Shown here piece after piece: positions 37,887-49,475 of a DNA stretch of 64,000 nt (its first letter is position 1; the number at the start of each line of letters is the position of its first letter). The stretch comes from Rhynchopus sp. YZ270_cl-10 (taxonomy: Eukaryota). Both the position numbers and the translations under genes were made by a program. The stretch is taken from the NCBI GenBank assembly GCA_964035575.1, contig OZ037840.1, forward strand, positions 496,001-560,000, in the 5' to 3' direction. The notes beneath the pieces were generated by a model. That model ran no database searches, was not told the origin of the DNA, and worked only from the letters and a program-made list of their open reading frames with translations.

Positions 37887-38890
37887 CTACACCCAACCCC
37901 CCTGCAGCGCCTGCTCCCGTGCCTTCCTGCGGTCTGCCTCGGCGGTACTCATCATGTACCTCCGCGTCTGCTTGCCGCTGGCGTGGCGGAGAGCGCTCTG
38001 CAGCCCGTCCAGCTCCATCCCCCACTTCTGCAGCACCTGCGCCGACCCCCTGCGCAGAGAGTGCGCCCAGGACCCCGCGGGCAGCCGCGCCACAACCCGC
38101 TTGAGGCCTGGTACTCCGTCTCTGTGGCCGCGAAGAGAGGTGTGTCCGGACCCGTCGCGCTGCACCGCTGCCACGCCACCCGACACGTCAACTCCCCTGG
38201 CGGCAGGTACACCACCGGCGACCACTGGCGCTGCTGCTTCTCCTTCAGCGCCAGTGGTCGCGCCACCTCCAGCCCCGGCTTTACCCCCTCGTCGTATACC
38301 AACGTCAGGTCGCGCACCAGCAGGTATCACACGTCAGACATCCGGGCTCGCACGACCCACACCAACGCAACGAACGTGCACTCGCGGTCGCACCCCTGCT
38401 CCAACGCCTCTACCGTGCTCTGCACTGCTGCGGTGTCCACTGGAGGCGCCTGGCGGAGACGTAGAAGCGTGCCGAACTTCGTGAGCGCCCGTCGTGTCGC
38501 CAGCACCCGTTTGGTGCGTGCCCCCACGACCCCTTCCGCCAGAGGCGGAGAGGGCTGCCGCAGTATCCCGCCACGGTCAGGAGCGACACTCCTTCCAGCC
38601 TCGACCACAGGAACTTCACCACGGCATGGTCGACCGGCAGCGTCGGAGCCTCTGCGACGTACGCACGGAACGCCCTGAGCATCCAAGAACGCGCTCCGGC
38701 GGTCCTAGGACCCACGCAATACGTGTGAGCCTCTTCCCAGGGGACCAGCTTGCGTACGGCTTGTCCCAACTGCTTCGGGTCGCGAATCCGAAACAGCTTG
38801 TCGTCCACGGCGGTGCGCGCGGCCGCTGAGTTCGCCGGCTTCACCTTGACGGCCGGACGGAGGGCTGCGCGGAGGCTCGACACTAGCCCC
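37887..38890 (-). pseudogene. Tyrosine recombinase with an in-frame stop and frameshifts
   Basis: ARMSDV*YLLVRDL (catalytic Arg box; TGA at 38327-38329), LKEK, TPLF, then AHSLRRGSAQ, LRHAS and TRRY, giving an R-K-H-R-H-Y set. An N-terminal helical core-binding-like region lies upstream. Confidence 0.9.
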
Positions 38891-41800
38891 CTCCCGGATG
38901 GGAGGGGGAAGGGGTGGGGAAACGGAGATGTTGGTCTTGGGAGGGTTGTGGGGGGGAAGAGCGCCAAACGGGTTGGGGAACCCAGTCGCGCTCCGCCCGG
39001 CCCCGTCACTCCTTTCGCGGGCGGAAGTTCTGACGGCCCGAAGCCGGCCGCCCTGCTTGCCGCCACCGTTTCCCGAATCCTGCGCAGGACCACGAAACCA
39101 CCCCGAAGAAGACGACATCGCCTTCGCGTTAGCGGCCGCCTTACCCGCCACCATGCTAGCAGCGTACGCCGCCCTCCGGTCCGCCGGCCACACCTTCGAC
39201 CTGAGGGCGAGGGCCCCAGCCCGGTCGCTGGTTGCACGCAGCTCCTAGAAAGCCAGGGCGTCCCCAGCACACCCAACGTCTCGGACAGGGTCCCCCCGCA
39301 CAACACACATGCGCACACAGGTCGACCATCGATGTTACTGTGAACAAACCAGCGTGCCCAATGCAGGCGTAAGCCTTGAATGGTAAAGCATGGAATAACA
39401 AGGGATCGATTCTCCCAGATCACTTTGTTGGTTTACTGCCTGGGAAGGATGGTGGGGGGGCGGGTTTGCCTGTTTCGATGCATGTACCCCTATCCGGGAT
39501 AGGTGATACAAAGCGTTATGTACGCTCTCCAGCGCTCCTGCAGTGACCGATTGTCTTGGTCAAAAACATCCCCAACTTTGGTTGTCGCAGACCTACGTCA
39601 TGACGGCAGCGAGTGATCCAGGAGCTGCGTCTTTTGCACGCAGTTCCCGCACCTCGAGAGTCTGTGCGTTGCGCATGCTTCGTGTCGGATGGGTAACCCG
39701 TCGTCGTCGGAGTGGTGCGCAAAGCAGCAATGCATCCTCGGTCTGCCTGGGCATTCTTCGAGCAGGCATCACATCTCGTCTTCCGGGCACACAGATCGCA
39801 CATTGAAAAATAGGGATCACTCCTCCAGCCTTCACGGGTGCGTCCCTCGGTCCCGCATACTCATGATATCGGTAGCGAGCATGCACACGATGTCTCCTGT
39901 TCATCCCGCTGGAGGCATGTAGCGCCTCCTACCCCTTTCTGCCGGGGGGTATGCCGTCTCAGTAGAATACTCCCTCCCTCCATCCACCCCTCGCCCTATC
40001 ACATCCAAGAAGCTCCACCTCTGACATGCCTCCTGCTGCGCTTCCTGCCTGGGAAGCGATTCTGTCAGACTCCTCTTAATTCTTCAGGTGATGGCTTCAC
40101 ACGCAGTTGGGAAGACTGCTTTGAGTATCACGACCCTACCGTCTAGATTATCTAAACCTACGCCAGCAAAAGGTGTTCCCGACCACTGTACATCTGCTAG
40201 CTAGGTGCTACATGGTGCTTACGAAAGGCCCGAACCCTTCCCCCAAGGGTTATGCAAGAGAATCCCTTTCATCCACGTCGCTTCAGCAGGTTTGTGTAAT
40301 AGCGGAGAGAGGCCAGCACAGATGGGCAGAGGAGGTTAGAACCCTCAGGGTGAAGAACTCCCCTTAGCCCCAAGGGATGGGCTTTCAGGAGGCAGCGCGA
40401 TTAGTTTCCTGTGTCGCTGTCCTTTTGCATCGTCAGGTACGAAGTCTCTAGGACAGGCTAATGGGTTTTATGTGCCGTCCGTCAACTCTTGGTTTCCCCT
40501 TTGGTATTCTTATGATGTTGCTTCTGCCGATGTACATCACGAAAATGGAGGACTGCAGAGGGTTCGGGGGTGTCCACCCACGGTGCGGTCATTGTACCAA
40601 GGTACACTGTTCACGAGAGGGGTTTTTGTATTTCAGGTGAATTTTTTTTGGCAGAGTGGCGCTTTTTTTGTTCATCCGGATGGCTCGCATCGTACAAGTG
40701 AGTCAGTCGGAGGTGTGCCTGTATCAACTATTCCTTTCTTGTTCAGCCCTGCTGTGTCGACTACTGCATGGTGCCGAAAGATGACCCATATCCCATATCC
40801 CACATCCTTGATCACATGACGAGCCCTCGTTGTTAGTGCAAGGCAACATGCTGGGTGTCCATGTTGTGTTGATGCATTGGTGTGCTTCGACACTAACTTC
40901 GTTCCCGGTCGTGCATTCGCTGGAACACAATGAGCGCAACGGAGCAGGGCGTGGCCCTCGAACCGGAGGTCCGTATTTCTTCCAAAAAACCTGGTAAAAT
41001 GGTGTTACCGAACAACTGTCTGGGAAATGTCAAGGACATGTCAAGGACCTGTCAATATAGGGGGCACAGCCCTTAAGGAAATCCTTAAGGACCCTCTGTA
41101 ACGCTCGTGTTTTTTCAAGAATTTTTTGAAAAAAAGTCATAAAACCCGCCAAGGTGGGTCTACCTGGTCCCAAAGTGGCCTAAAATTCGTCGATTCTGCC
41201 CAATGAAACCCCAAACAACCAAAACTGAGCGTTTATTTTCGAAAAAAAATCACTTTTTTTTCGAAAAAACGGCTCCGAAAATAGTAAGATTTTAGTAAGA
41301 TTTCCTCTAGGAATGTAACGCTTTCAAAAAAATGGATCCGGGAGCACAGTTTTTCTTCTAAGGTGCCGAAAACCACCCCACGTCCCCTCCGGTGAGGTCC
41401 GGCAGTGGAAATATGTGGGTTTCGAAGCTTTTGGGCGTCCAGATTGGGGCCCGAGCGTGTATTTGAGTGGATGAGACAGAAAAGGGGGCAGTTTTTACCT
41501 CGTTTTTTAGGCCTTTTCGTCACTCCAAAACCCAAAAATCGCCCACAAAACGTCCATAGAAGGCACCAATACCCCCGGGGTTGATCTTAGATACCTTATG
41601 GGGGTTGAAAAATCGTATTTACAACCATTTTCTGGTCGATTTTGGTGCCCGGAGGTCCAAATAGAAAGTGTGTAACGGTTGTGTAACGGTTGGCCCCTCC
41701 CGGCTAAAATGTGGTTTTTGTGTATACTAAGGGGGGGGGTGTGTCATTTTATATTTTGCAGGCTATTTTTGTGTGTATTTACGTATGTATCAACAACTTG

Positions 41801-44293
41801 TCCATTTTGGCAAAGTGACCAAAAATGCAAATGCCGGGATTTTTGGACGATTCATTTTTCCCGGCCAAAAAACCCACACAAATTATAAAGTGACACCCTC
41901 TTGTGTCAAGGACATGTCAATATAGGCCCCCTCCGGAACACCATAAAAGAAAATAATTGAGTCGGACCAAAGTTCCTGAAGACCCCATCTGTGGCCAGTC
42001 AAATAAAGCGGGGTTTAGATGATTAGGGGGGCAACCGCCAATTATCCAGTGGAAAACCGTCATTTTTTTAAAGGTCAGACCAAGGGGGTTAACTGTCCCT
42101 TGCCACACTCAAGGGGGATGAGGTGTGCCGTCTGTATTTACTCCCGTTGGCCAGAGGGGTATGCGGGACAATTAGTTGTAGTACTCAGGGAGTTAAACGT
42201 GCGGCAGAGGTGTGAGGAGGATGGGATTGAGGGAAGGTGTGGCTGGTACGTCTGCGAGACTGTCAGGAGTGTGAAGGGGTGGGTGTGGGTGTGGAGACGG
42301 CGCGAGGCACTCCCAGCTGCGCGACTGGCACAGTCGGGTGTGTTAATGCTGGTGCGCTGTTGGGATGTTGAGGACACGCTGGTGGGGAGGGGGAGTTCTC
42401 TTCACGGTGCCACAACGGATGCTCTGCACCAAGGAGTACCGAAAGTCCCGAATGGCAAAGTCCAGTGGAACCTGGACCTTAGCCAGGGATGGACGGTTTC
42501 CTCACATCTTTTTTTTAATGGGGTGGGCTGAATGTCGTTTTCAGTGTGAAACGACCACATGTTGCACCCAGAGGAGCTCTGCCACCTGGTGTGAGGTGTG
42601 CAGTTTTTAACGGGGGGAGGCTGGTCCTGGGGGGGTTTTTTTTTTGATCGCACTTAGGAAATCTGTCCTGCAGCCAACCCCTGTCAAGGTGTTCAGATCA
42701 GTGTCAGAGGTGGTTACCTGCTTGCAGATGTGACCTCGTGTCTAGCGCAAGAGATGAGTGGCATGAGTGAGCTTTCAGCATGGGTTCGGGAAAGGGAGGC
42801 ACTAAGAGGCATTTTGGCCGTATTGCTTGCGAGACTTGAGAAGTGAGCAGGTGGGTGGTATGGGTGTCCTGAGCGGGTGGGTGGTGGAGCCGGTAGTGCG
42901 GAGGTGTCTCGAAGCTGGTGTTTCCAGTCCAGAGATGGCGCTGTGTGTGTCTTATACTTTGGTCAGATGCCAATGACCTGAGGACGTCAAGCAGGATGCT
43001 TAAGTTCTTCTATCCAATGTTGCTGTGGGACTGATTGGATCATATTCAGTGTGAGGAGGAGGTGGAGGGGTGGGGATGGGTCTGTAAGATGGGGAGAGTG
43101 TGCAGTCTTGTTTATGTTCAAATGGTATTCGTGTTCCCAAGGCCAAAAAGGTTCATGTACGGGGGGGAGGAGAAGGCACACCGACTAGGGAATCAAAAGT
43201 GAGAATCCTGATGAAGGAGGTGTGGGGTGTGCGTGAGGAGAGGGAGGTGAAGAGAAGTGTGTGGGATGCAAGGTGGAGGGTTGCAGGCGCAGACGTGCAC
43301 CACATGAACAGGACTAGGGTGGTGTGAGGAGAGGGAGGTGTGAGGAGGATGGGGTTGAGGGAAGGTGTGGCTGGTACGTCTGCGACACTCAGGAGTGTGA
43401 AGGGGTGTGGGTGGGTGGGTATGGAGACGTGACGCGACGGTAGGTGCGTTGGGGGGGATGCAGTGTGCGTGTCGACGGGGGAAGGGGGATGTTGGGGACA
43501 CGCTGGTGGGGAGGGGGAGTTCTCTTCACGGTGCCACAACGGATGCTCTGCACCAAGGAGTACCGAAAGTCCCGAATGGCAAATTCCAGTGGAAGCTGGA
43601 CCTTAGCCAGGGATGGACGGTTTCCTCACACCTTTTTTTTAATGGGGTGGGTGGGTTGGGATGTGCGTGTCGACAGGAGACGAAGAGAAACCACTGTGGC
43701 GGCTGTGGAGGAAGGCGGATGTGCGTGTTGTGCTTTGTTCGTTGCAGCCCAGAGGGGTCGTGTGGTCGAGACCTGCAAGCAGCGAGGGTTTGTGTCGTGG
43801 GCGGCATGTTTGGCGCAGTCTTCTGGAGCCTGCACCTCTTCGCACGCCATGTGTCGACTGCCGACACCTTGGCAGTGATGTGGTGCAGACGCTTCTCTCG
43901 CCTTCTTGCCTCACCTCCCACACCTCATACACTTGGTACGTTGGGTTGGGCAGGGGTCTTCTTCCTTCTCATATGGGCACCCGTCCTCTGGCAGGGGTGC
44001 GTCATGCACCCTATCTCCGGCCAGTGTCGGGACACCTTCCCGCCTGCATGAGTTGGGACCTTATCACCGGTGTGCAAATGTGTGTTACATAGTGCCCACA
44101 TGGAGCTCTTGTGTCGTTCGTGGGTTGGGTTGGGCAATTGGGGCATTTGGCACTTCGTTGGTGAGAGTTGTGGGGTGAGTTGTGGCAGGCAACCACAGAC
44201 ATGGGTGGGTGTCCTTCCATGGTTCTCATGGGTGGCTTAGGATGGTGAGGGGTGCAGGGTCCCCCCAGTTACCACACCACTACAGCGTACACA

Positions 44294-45241
44294 ATGGATT
44301 TGACGCTACAGTACAATGGGCAGACACGCGTTGTGGAGGTGTTAGCTGACGATACGCTCACGACCATGCTCCGGAAGGTGGCATCTGCAGTGGGGTTGGC
44401 TGAGGACAGCTTTGACATGATTTTTAAAGGGGAGGTGGTGACCGACGTGACGCAGCTGAGTGCGGGGGATACCGTTATCTTAGCACAGACGAGGAAGTAC
44501 CTTGCTGTTGCAGAGCTTGAAGCCTTGGACGAGACGGACCTGACGGAGGAGAGGCTTGCGACAGTGACGAACACCGAGGTGGCGTGTCTGCTGCTGCAGG
44601 CAGAGGTTGCGGATGTTATACCAGACAGATTCTTTGTGGGAAGGTCTTTAGAGCAGTTGGACCTGAGCGTTCCATTGGCTGTCACCGGGATTGGCGTGCA
44701 GTTTCTTTCTGGCTGTAGCTCCCTGACTGATGTCGACCTCTCTGGGTTGGGCTGCGTCACCCGCATCGGGGACGGCTTCTTATCTAACTGCATGGCGATC
44801 GTTGCGCTGAACCTCTCAGGGCTATCTGGGGTCACGAAAATCGGGGAGCGTTTTCTCGCACACTGCACGTCGCTGCGTACTGTAGACCTGACTGCGTTGG
44901 CAAGGGTGGAGGAGGTGGGTGCTGCGTTTTTGTTTAAATGCAGTTCGTTGCAGAGAGTGGACTTATCTGCGTTCAGTCGGGTTACAGCCATACAGAACGA
45001 CTTTCTTTCGAATTGCAGGTCGGTGACGACGGTGGACCTTTCTGGGTTGCGTTCTGTCGTGAGCATCGGTGATAACTTTCTTGCAGAATGCGGTTCGCTC
45101 ACGACAGTGGACCTGTCAGAGCTGCGGTGTGCAGCGTCGATAGGGAGCGGCTTCTTCAGCAACTGCCGTGCACTCACAATCGACATCTCCGGAGCAAACA
45201 GCACCGTCTCTAAGCAGATCCCTTCACTGCGGCAGCCGTAG
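44294..45241 (+). CDS. Ubiquitin-like domain + BspA/LRR_5-type leucine-rich repeat protein, 315 aa (ATG at 44294)
   Basis: MDLTLQYNGQTRVVEVLADDTLTTMLRKVA..QLSAGDTV UBL pattern; about 8 25-aa repeats VTxIGDxFLxxCxSLTxVDLSGL; CTACAG acceptor-like site just upstream of the ATG. Confidence 0.9.
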   Translation: MDLTLQYNGQTRVVEVLADDTLTTMLRKVASAVGLAEDSFDMIFKGEVVTDVTQLSAGDTVILAQTRKYLAVAELEALDETDLTEERLATVTNTEVACLLLQAEVADVIPDRFFVGRSLEQLDLSVPLAVTGIGVQFLSGCSSLTDVDLSGLGCVTRIGDGFLSNCMAIVALNLSGLSGVTKIGERFLAHCTSLRTVDLTALARVEEVGAAFLFKCSSLQRVDLSAFSRVTAIQNDFLSNCRSVTTVDLSGLRSVVSIGDNFLAECGSLTTVDLSELRCAASIGSGFFSNCRALTIDISGANSTVSKQIPSLRQP

Positions 45242-45621
45242 TCGCGAGGTATACAGATTGCTGCTGCACTCACCCTGCTTGCTGCACTGTGCAGGGCCAC
45301 CCGTCGCACGTGCACCGTGGTTCGGACACTCGCACACAAAGTCCCCAAGGCTCTCCGGCGACGTGTCTGGGTCTGTGCATGTCTCCTTCTCCCCAAACGG
45401 GCCCAGGCACGGGAACAGCCCCATCGTGCACTCAGAGTGCTGACATTGGCGCACCAACCGAAATCTGCTTCCCCCCATTGCAGCGGCACTGGAAGTCCTT
45501 CTCCACATCAAAGTCGGGGTCAAGACACATCTCACCCTGCCCACATGGTCCGCTTGTGCATTCGTCCACACTGCAGGCAGGTACCGCCATCCCAACCGTA
45601 AACCTGTTCTTGTCGTTCAAA
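45239..45621 (-). pseudogene. Orphan frameshifted exon encoding Cys-rich EGF-like repeats
   Basis: CCCTCTCCCTGCAG acceptor, then VPACSVDECTSGPCGQGEMCLDPD..DFQCRC / HSECTMGLFPC..TCTDPDTSPESLGDFVCECP. Truncated at the LRR gene's stop codon. Confidence 0.7.
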
Positions 45622-48600
45622 CTGCAGGGAGAGGGATAACAGGCGTGGGGAGGGGGGCCATTTTGTTGTGCTCAACAAAAAAAGCCATAACAATCGCGAA
45701 ACGTTGTCTCCAAAAGATGGAGGTGGGGGAGATACTGTGGCTCACGATAGTACGAACCATGGACAGGGACCTGCAGGGTAAATGATAAAAAAACCCCGTT
45801 CGTCTTTTGTTTAGTTAGGCCCACTCGACTGTTCACGAGAGGGCTTTGTATTTTCACGTTTCAAGCTTTAGTTCGCACGCTACCCACGGCATGCACAGGA
45901 GAAGGGAGGGGAATAAAACAAAGTGTACTATTCTCTATGGTGGCTACACTAATACAACCAAGTTTTCAAAAAAAAAAAAATATGGTCTCCGGCGTTTGAA
46001 TCATTTCCCAATATTTGTCCCCATAAAAAGACCTCTGTCTGGCGTTTCTATCAGCTTCAGCCTTTTTTTTTTTAAATCTAAATTTAGTTGGTAAAAGGCG
46101 TATCACTGTAGGGAGGTGGATGCGGTCTTTCTAAGGCTGTATTCAAATTGTCATTTTTTTTGACTTTTTTTTTTTGGGTATACATGAAAAGGGGCAGCAC
46201 AGGTGCTTCCGTGCCAGTTTTTCTTCAGAACCGACACGCGGGGCGTGTCTCCCAAACAACAAAAAAGTAAATGAATAAAAAAAATGTTGGAAGAAAAAAG
46301 GAAGAACAAAACAATGTGGTTTACAACGGGGACTAAGTAGTGAGTATGGTTCTCACTCAATTTCTTGCTGAATGGAAATGATGTTTTTTGTACGTTTGCG
46401 TATGTTGGGACTATCGCATGCTTGATCAGGCTTGCTACCATGCCCCATATGCACACTGGGCATTCCTCATCTCCCTTCTTTGGAGTAGAGTACGTCAGAT
46501 CTAAACCACGAAAAATGAAGGACTGCAAAGGGGAGTTCCACACAGTGCACTGGCCATTGCACCAAGGTACTGTTCACAAGAGGGGCTGTTGTATTTCAAG
46601 CCTTTTTTTAACCCCCCGGGCAGCCCTGACATCCATTTTCACTTTCTGCAAAACTGCACCGTACATCCCCCCTAACGTGCATGGGGCCTGAAGTACACTG
46701 TATTAAACTGTACGAAAACGTTTGGGTGCTGTACCGTACCTTCGCTGCTCCCCCCCTGGGAGCCGTTCAACTGATTGTATACGGTCCTCTATGAGAGGTT
46801 TGGGGGTTCATGCATTTTCTTCCCTTTTTTTTTACTTTGTGCTTTCATCCGGATGGCTGGATGGCTGGCATCGTACAGTGGGTCAGTCGGAGGTGCTTGC
46901 ATTAGCAACTACAGTTTTTTTTTTAAATGCCAAGCATTTCCAATGAGGAAATGAAAGTGATGGAGTTGGTGCGTGCCTTGTAAATGGATGTCTTATCCAG
47001 GATTTGTTTTGCCGCATTCTCCAATCAACTCATTGCATAAAGCGAAAGAAAGAAAATATAACAAATACGCAGAGCGATACGCAAGGAAAAAGAAAAGGTT
47101 GTTTTTCAGTGCCTGCGTCCGCCGTATTCGGTAGGCCTTTTGATATGGCGTACGCACTTTCAACTTATCTTTGTTTTTTTGTTCCGGACCCCCCCCAACC
47201 GGACCCTGCATCACACCGACTTAATGACCCCGCCTCCAATGATCCCCGTTTCATCTGATTGGGGAAAGGAAGCGGGAGTAGAGCAAGATGTCCACTACGA
47301 AGGTAGACCTTGGACCACATGGTTGGGGTATGCTGATGCACCCCGTCATTGTACCAAGGTGCTCACGAGAAGGGTTTTTATATTTCAAGCGAACTTTTTT
47401 TTTTAACCCCTATCGATAAGGGAGTTCAACTGAAGTATAAGCACGAACGATTTCCGTAGAATTAAAACTAAAGTAATAAGTTATAACCAAACAGAAGTAA
47501 ATAGACTAGATCGATCCAGTAGGCGTGGTGGGGGGTTTTTTTTTTTTTTGACATTTTTTTCTCTTCATTTCTCGTTCTTACTTTCTCTTTTTCTTTGTCT
47601 TTTTGTTTGCTCTTTTTTTTTCTTTTCATTTTGACTTCGCGTTAAATTGAAAGAAAGAAAAATGACTCCAATGACGTCGTGTCCACACAGCATGCGCTCA
47701 GCCTCGTATCCTGTAACAATGCCAACAATGCTCTGCGATAACGAATATGATCAAGGTGACTAAGCACAGAGAGGCTGAGGGTCATCTTATACACTTTGCT
47801 GCTGTAGTGTTCTCTCGCTCCTTATCCATCACGCTTATGACCCGAGGTTCCCACTTCCGGTAGGTCGTGATGCCCCATATGCCAACACAGCAAGAAGTAA
47901 CAGTGGAACACATCAAGTATCTCAGCGTTTCACGGGCAGGGTGGGTAGGTCCGTTCTGAAAAAAGCAGGTGTGCATTGTGGTCATAAGGGCGAGACGTTG
48001 CGTGTTGTGGGTGTGTGTGGGAGGGGGGAGGGGAGACTAGGAGATCTGGTGTACAAATAGTGATCCGTCGATGAGGTCCTGAAAGCGCAACAAAAACAAT
48101 GTGAGGAGGGGTTTCGTTTATTGTGACGTACGAGGGAAGGAAAACACACCGGGGAAACAAATTTGTGGAAAAATTCCTGATGAAGGTGGTGTGTTTTGAC
48201 TTTCCCGTTCCAACCTTTGCAGAGCAAAGAGGTAATAAAAGCAAAAATGGACCAAAGCATCTTATACTATCATCTACAGTAACACCAGATCTCCCCATGT
48301 TGCAGCAAAGCTGCTTTAACAAGTTAACTGGGGAGGGGGTCTTCTCTGTGATGTTGCGTGTTCTTGCGTGCCTGATGCCTGGGGTGTGTGGGGTATGTGT
48401 GTGAGTGTGTGGCTCGTAGGTGGTGCTTGCGAAGGGAGGTGGGGGTGGGGAGGTAGGAGGGCTCTCAGCTCGTTGATGGAGGTGGGTTGAAGGGAGGAGT
48501 GAAGGGGAGGGGAGGGGAGGACTCTGGGGGAGAGTAGCAGTCGTGTGGGGTGGTGCTCTCTTGGCAGGCAGGCATGTGCTGCGGTGTGGGAGGAGGTGGG

Positions 48601-49475
48601 CAGGTGTGGTGCTGCACTGCAGTGGAGGGTGAGTGTGGCTGTGGAGGAAGGTGGATGTGCGTGTTGTGCTTTGTTCTTTGCAGCCCAGAAGGGTCGTGTG
48701 GTCGAGACCTGCAGGCAGCGAGGGTTTGTGTCGTGGGCGGCATGTTTGGCGCAGTCTTCTGGAGCCTGCACCTCTTCGCACGCCATGTGTCGACTGCCGA
48801 CACCTTGGCAGTGATGTGGTGCAGACGCTTCTCTCGCCTTCTTGCCTCACCTCCCACACCTCATACACTTGGTACGTTGGGTTGGGCAAGGGTCTTCTTC
48901 CTTCTCATATGGGCACCCGTCCTCTGGCAGGGGTGCGTCATGCACCCTATCTCCGGCCAGTGTCGGGACACCTTCCCGCCTGCATGAGTTGGGGACCTTG
49001 TCACCAGTGTGCAAATGTGTGTTACATAGTGCCCACATGGAGCTCTTGTGTCGTTCGTGGGTTGGGGACCTTATCACCATTTTCCATCAACCTCATGAAC
49101 GCACCGCATAGATGCACCTCACCGTTCATGAACGGTTTGTACCACATGACTACACCGCTTCAGAGAGGACAGGACTAGGGAGAAGAAGAGAACCGGTTCG
49201 AAGGACTCTTACGGAGCACACCCTTTGCTCTAAGTGGGACAACGTGCACAGAAGGTCATAGGAGGTACAGAGGGAGGAAGTGGGAGGGTTTTGGGGGGTT
49301 GAGTGAGCAAGAATGGCGTCGAGCACCGCATCTTGAGTACGAGACACACTGCAGGAGAGACTGCTTCCTGCTGCGATGGCGCGGGGACATGCACAACCCA
49401 CCCTACACACTGCACGACATGCCGAACTGATTTCAATCCACATCCCCACACCCCCACAGGCAACAGAGCTACACC

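Larger units (their letters stand above)
35950..39450 (-). mobile_element. Decayed tyrosine-recombinase (DIRS-order) retrotransposon with gag-like/YR/RT/RNase H order (VIPER/TATE-like); termini not defined
   Basis: GC-rich island carrying YR, RT and DIRS-type RNase H motifs colinear on the - strand, broken by stops, frameshifts and a MITE. Confidence 0.88.

Noticed and set aside
37049..38678. + strand ORFs of 351, 243 and 295 aa
   Set aside because: Shadows of the - strand RT and YR frames.
37082..38890. Bacterial retron, DGR or prophage integrase interpretation of RT plus recombinase
   Set aside because: The DIRS-type RNase H, eukaryotic flanks and domain order fit a YR retrotransposon.
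39516..40460. Cys-rich ORF (CDLCARKTRCDAC), a VGKT P-loop-like word, and a 13-bp inverted match (40139-40151 versus 35948-35960) as possible retroelement termini
   Set aside because: Motifs are too short and unsupported to assign; the retroelement boundary is left open.
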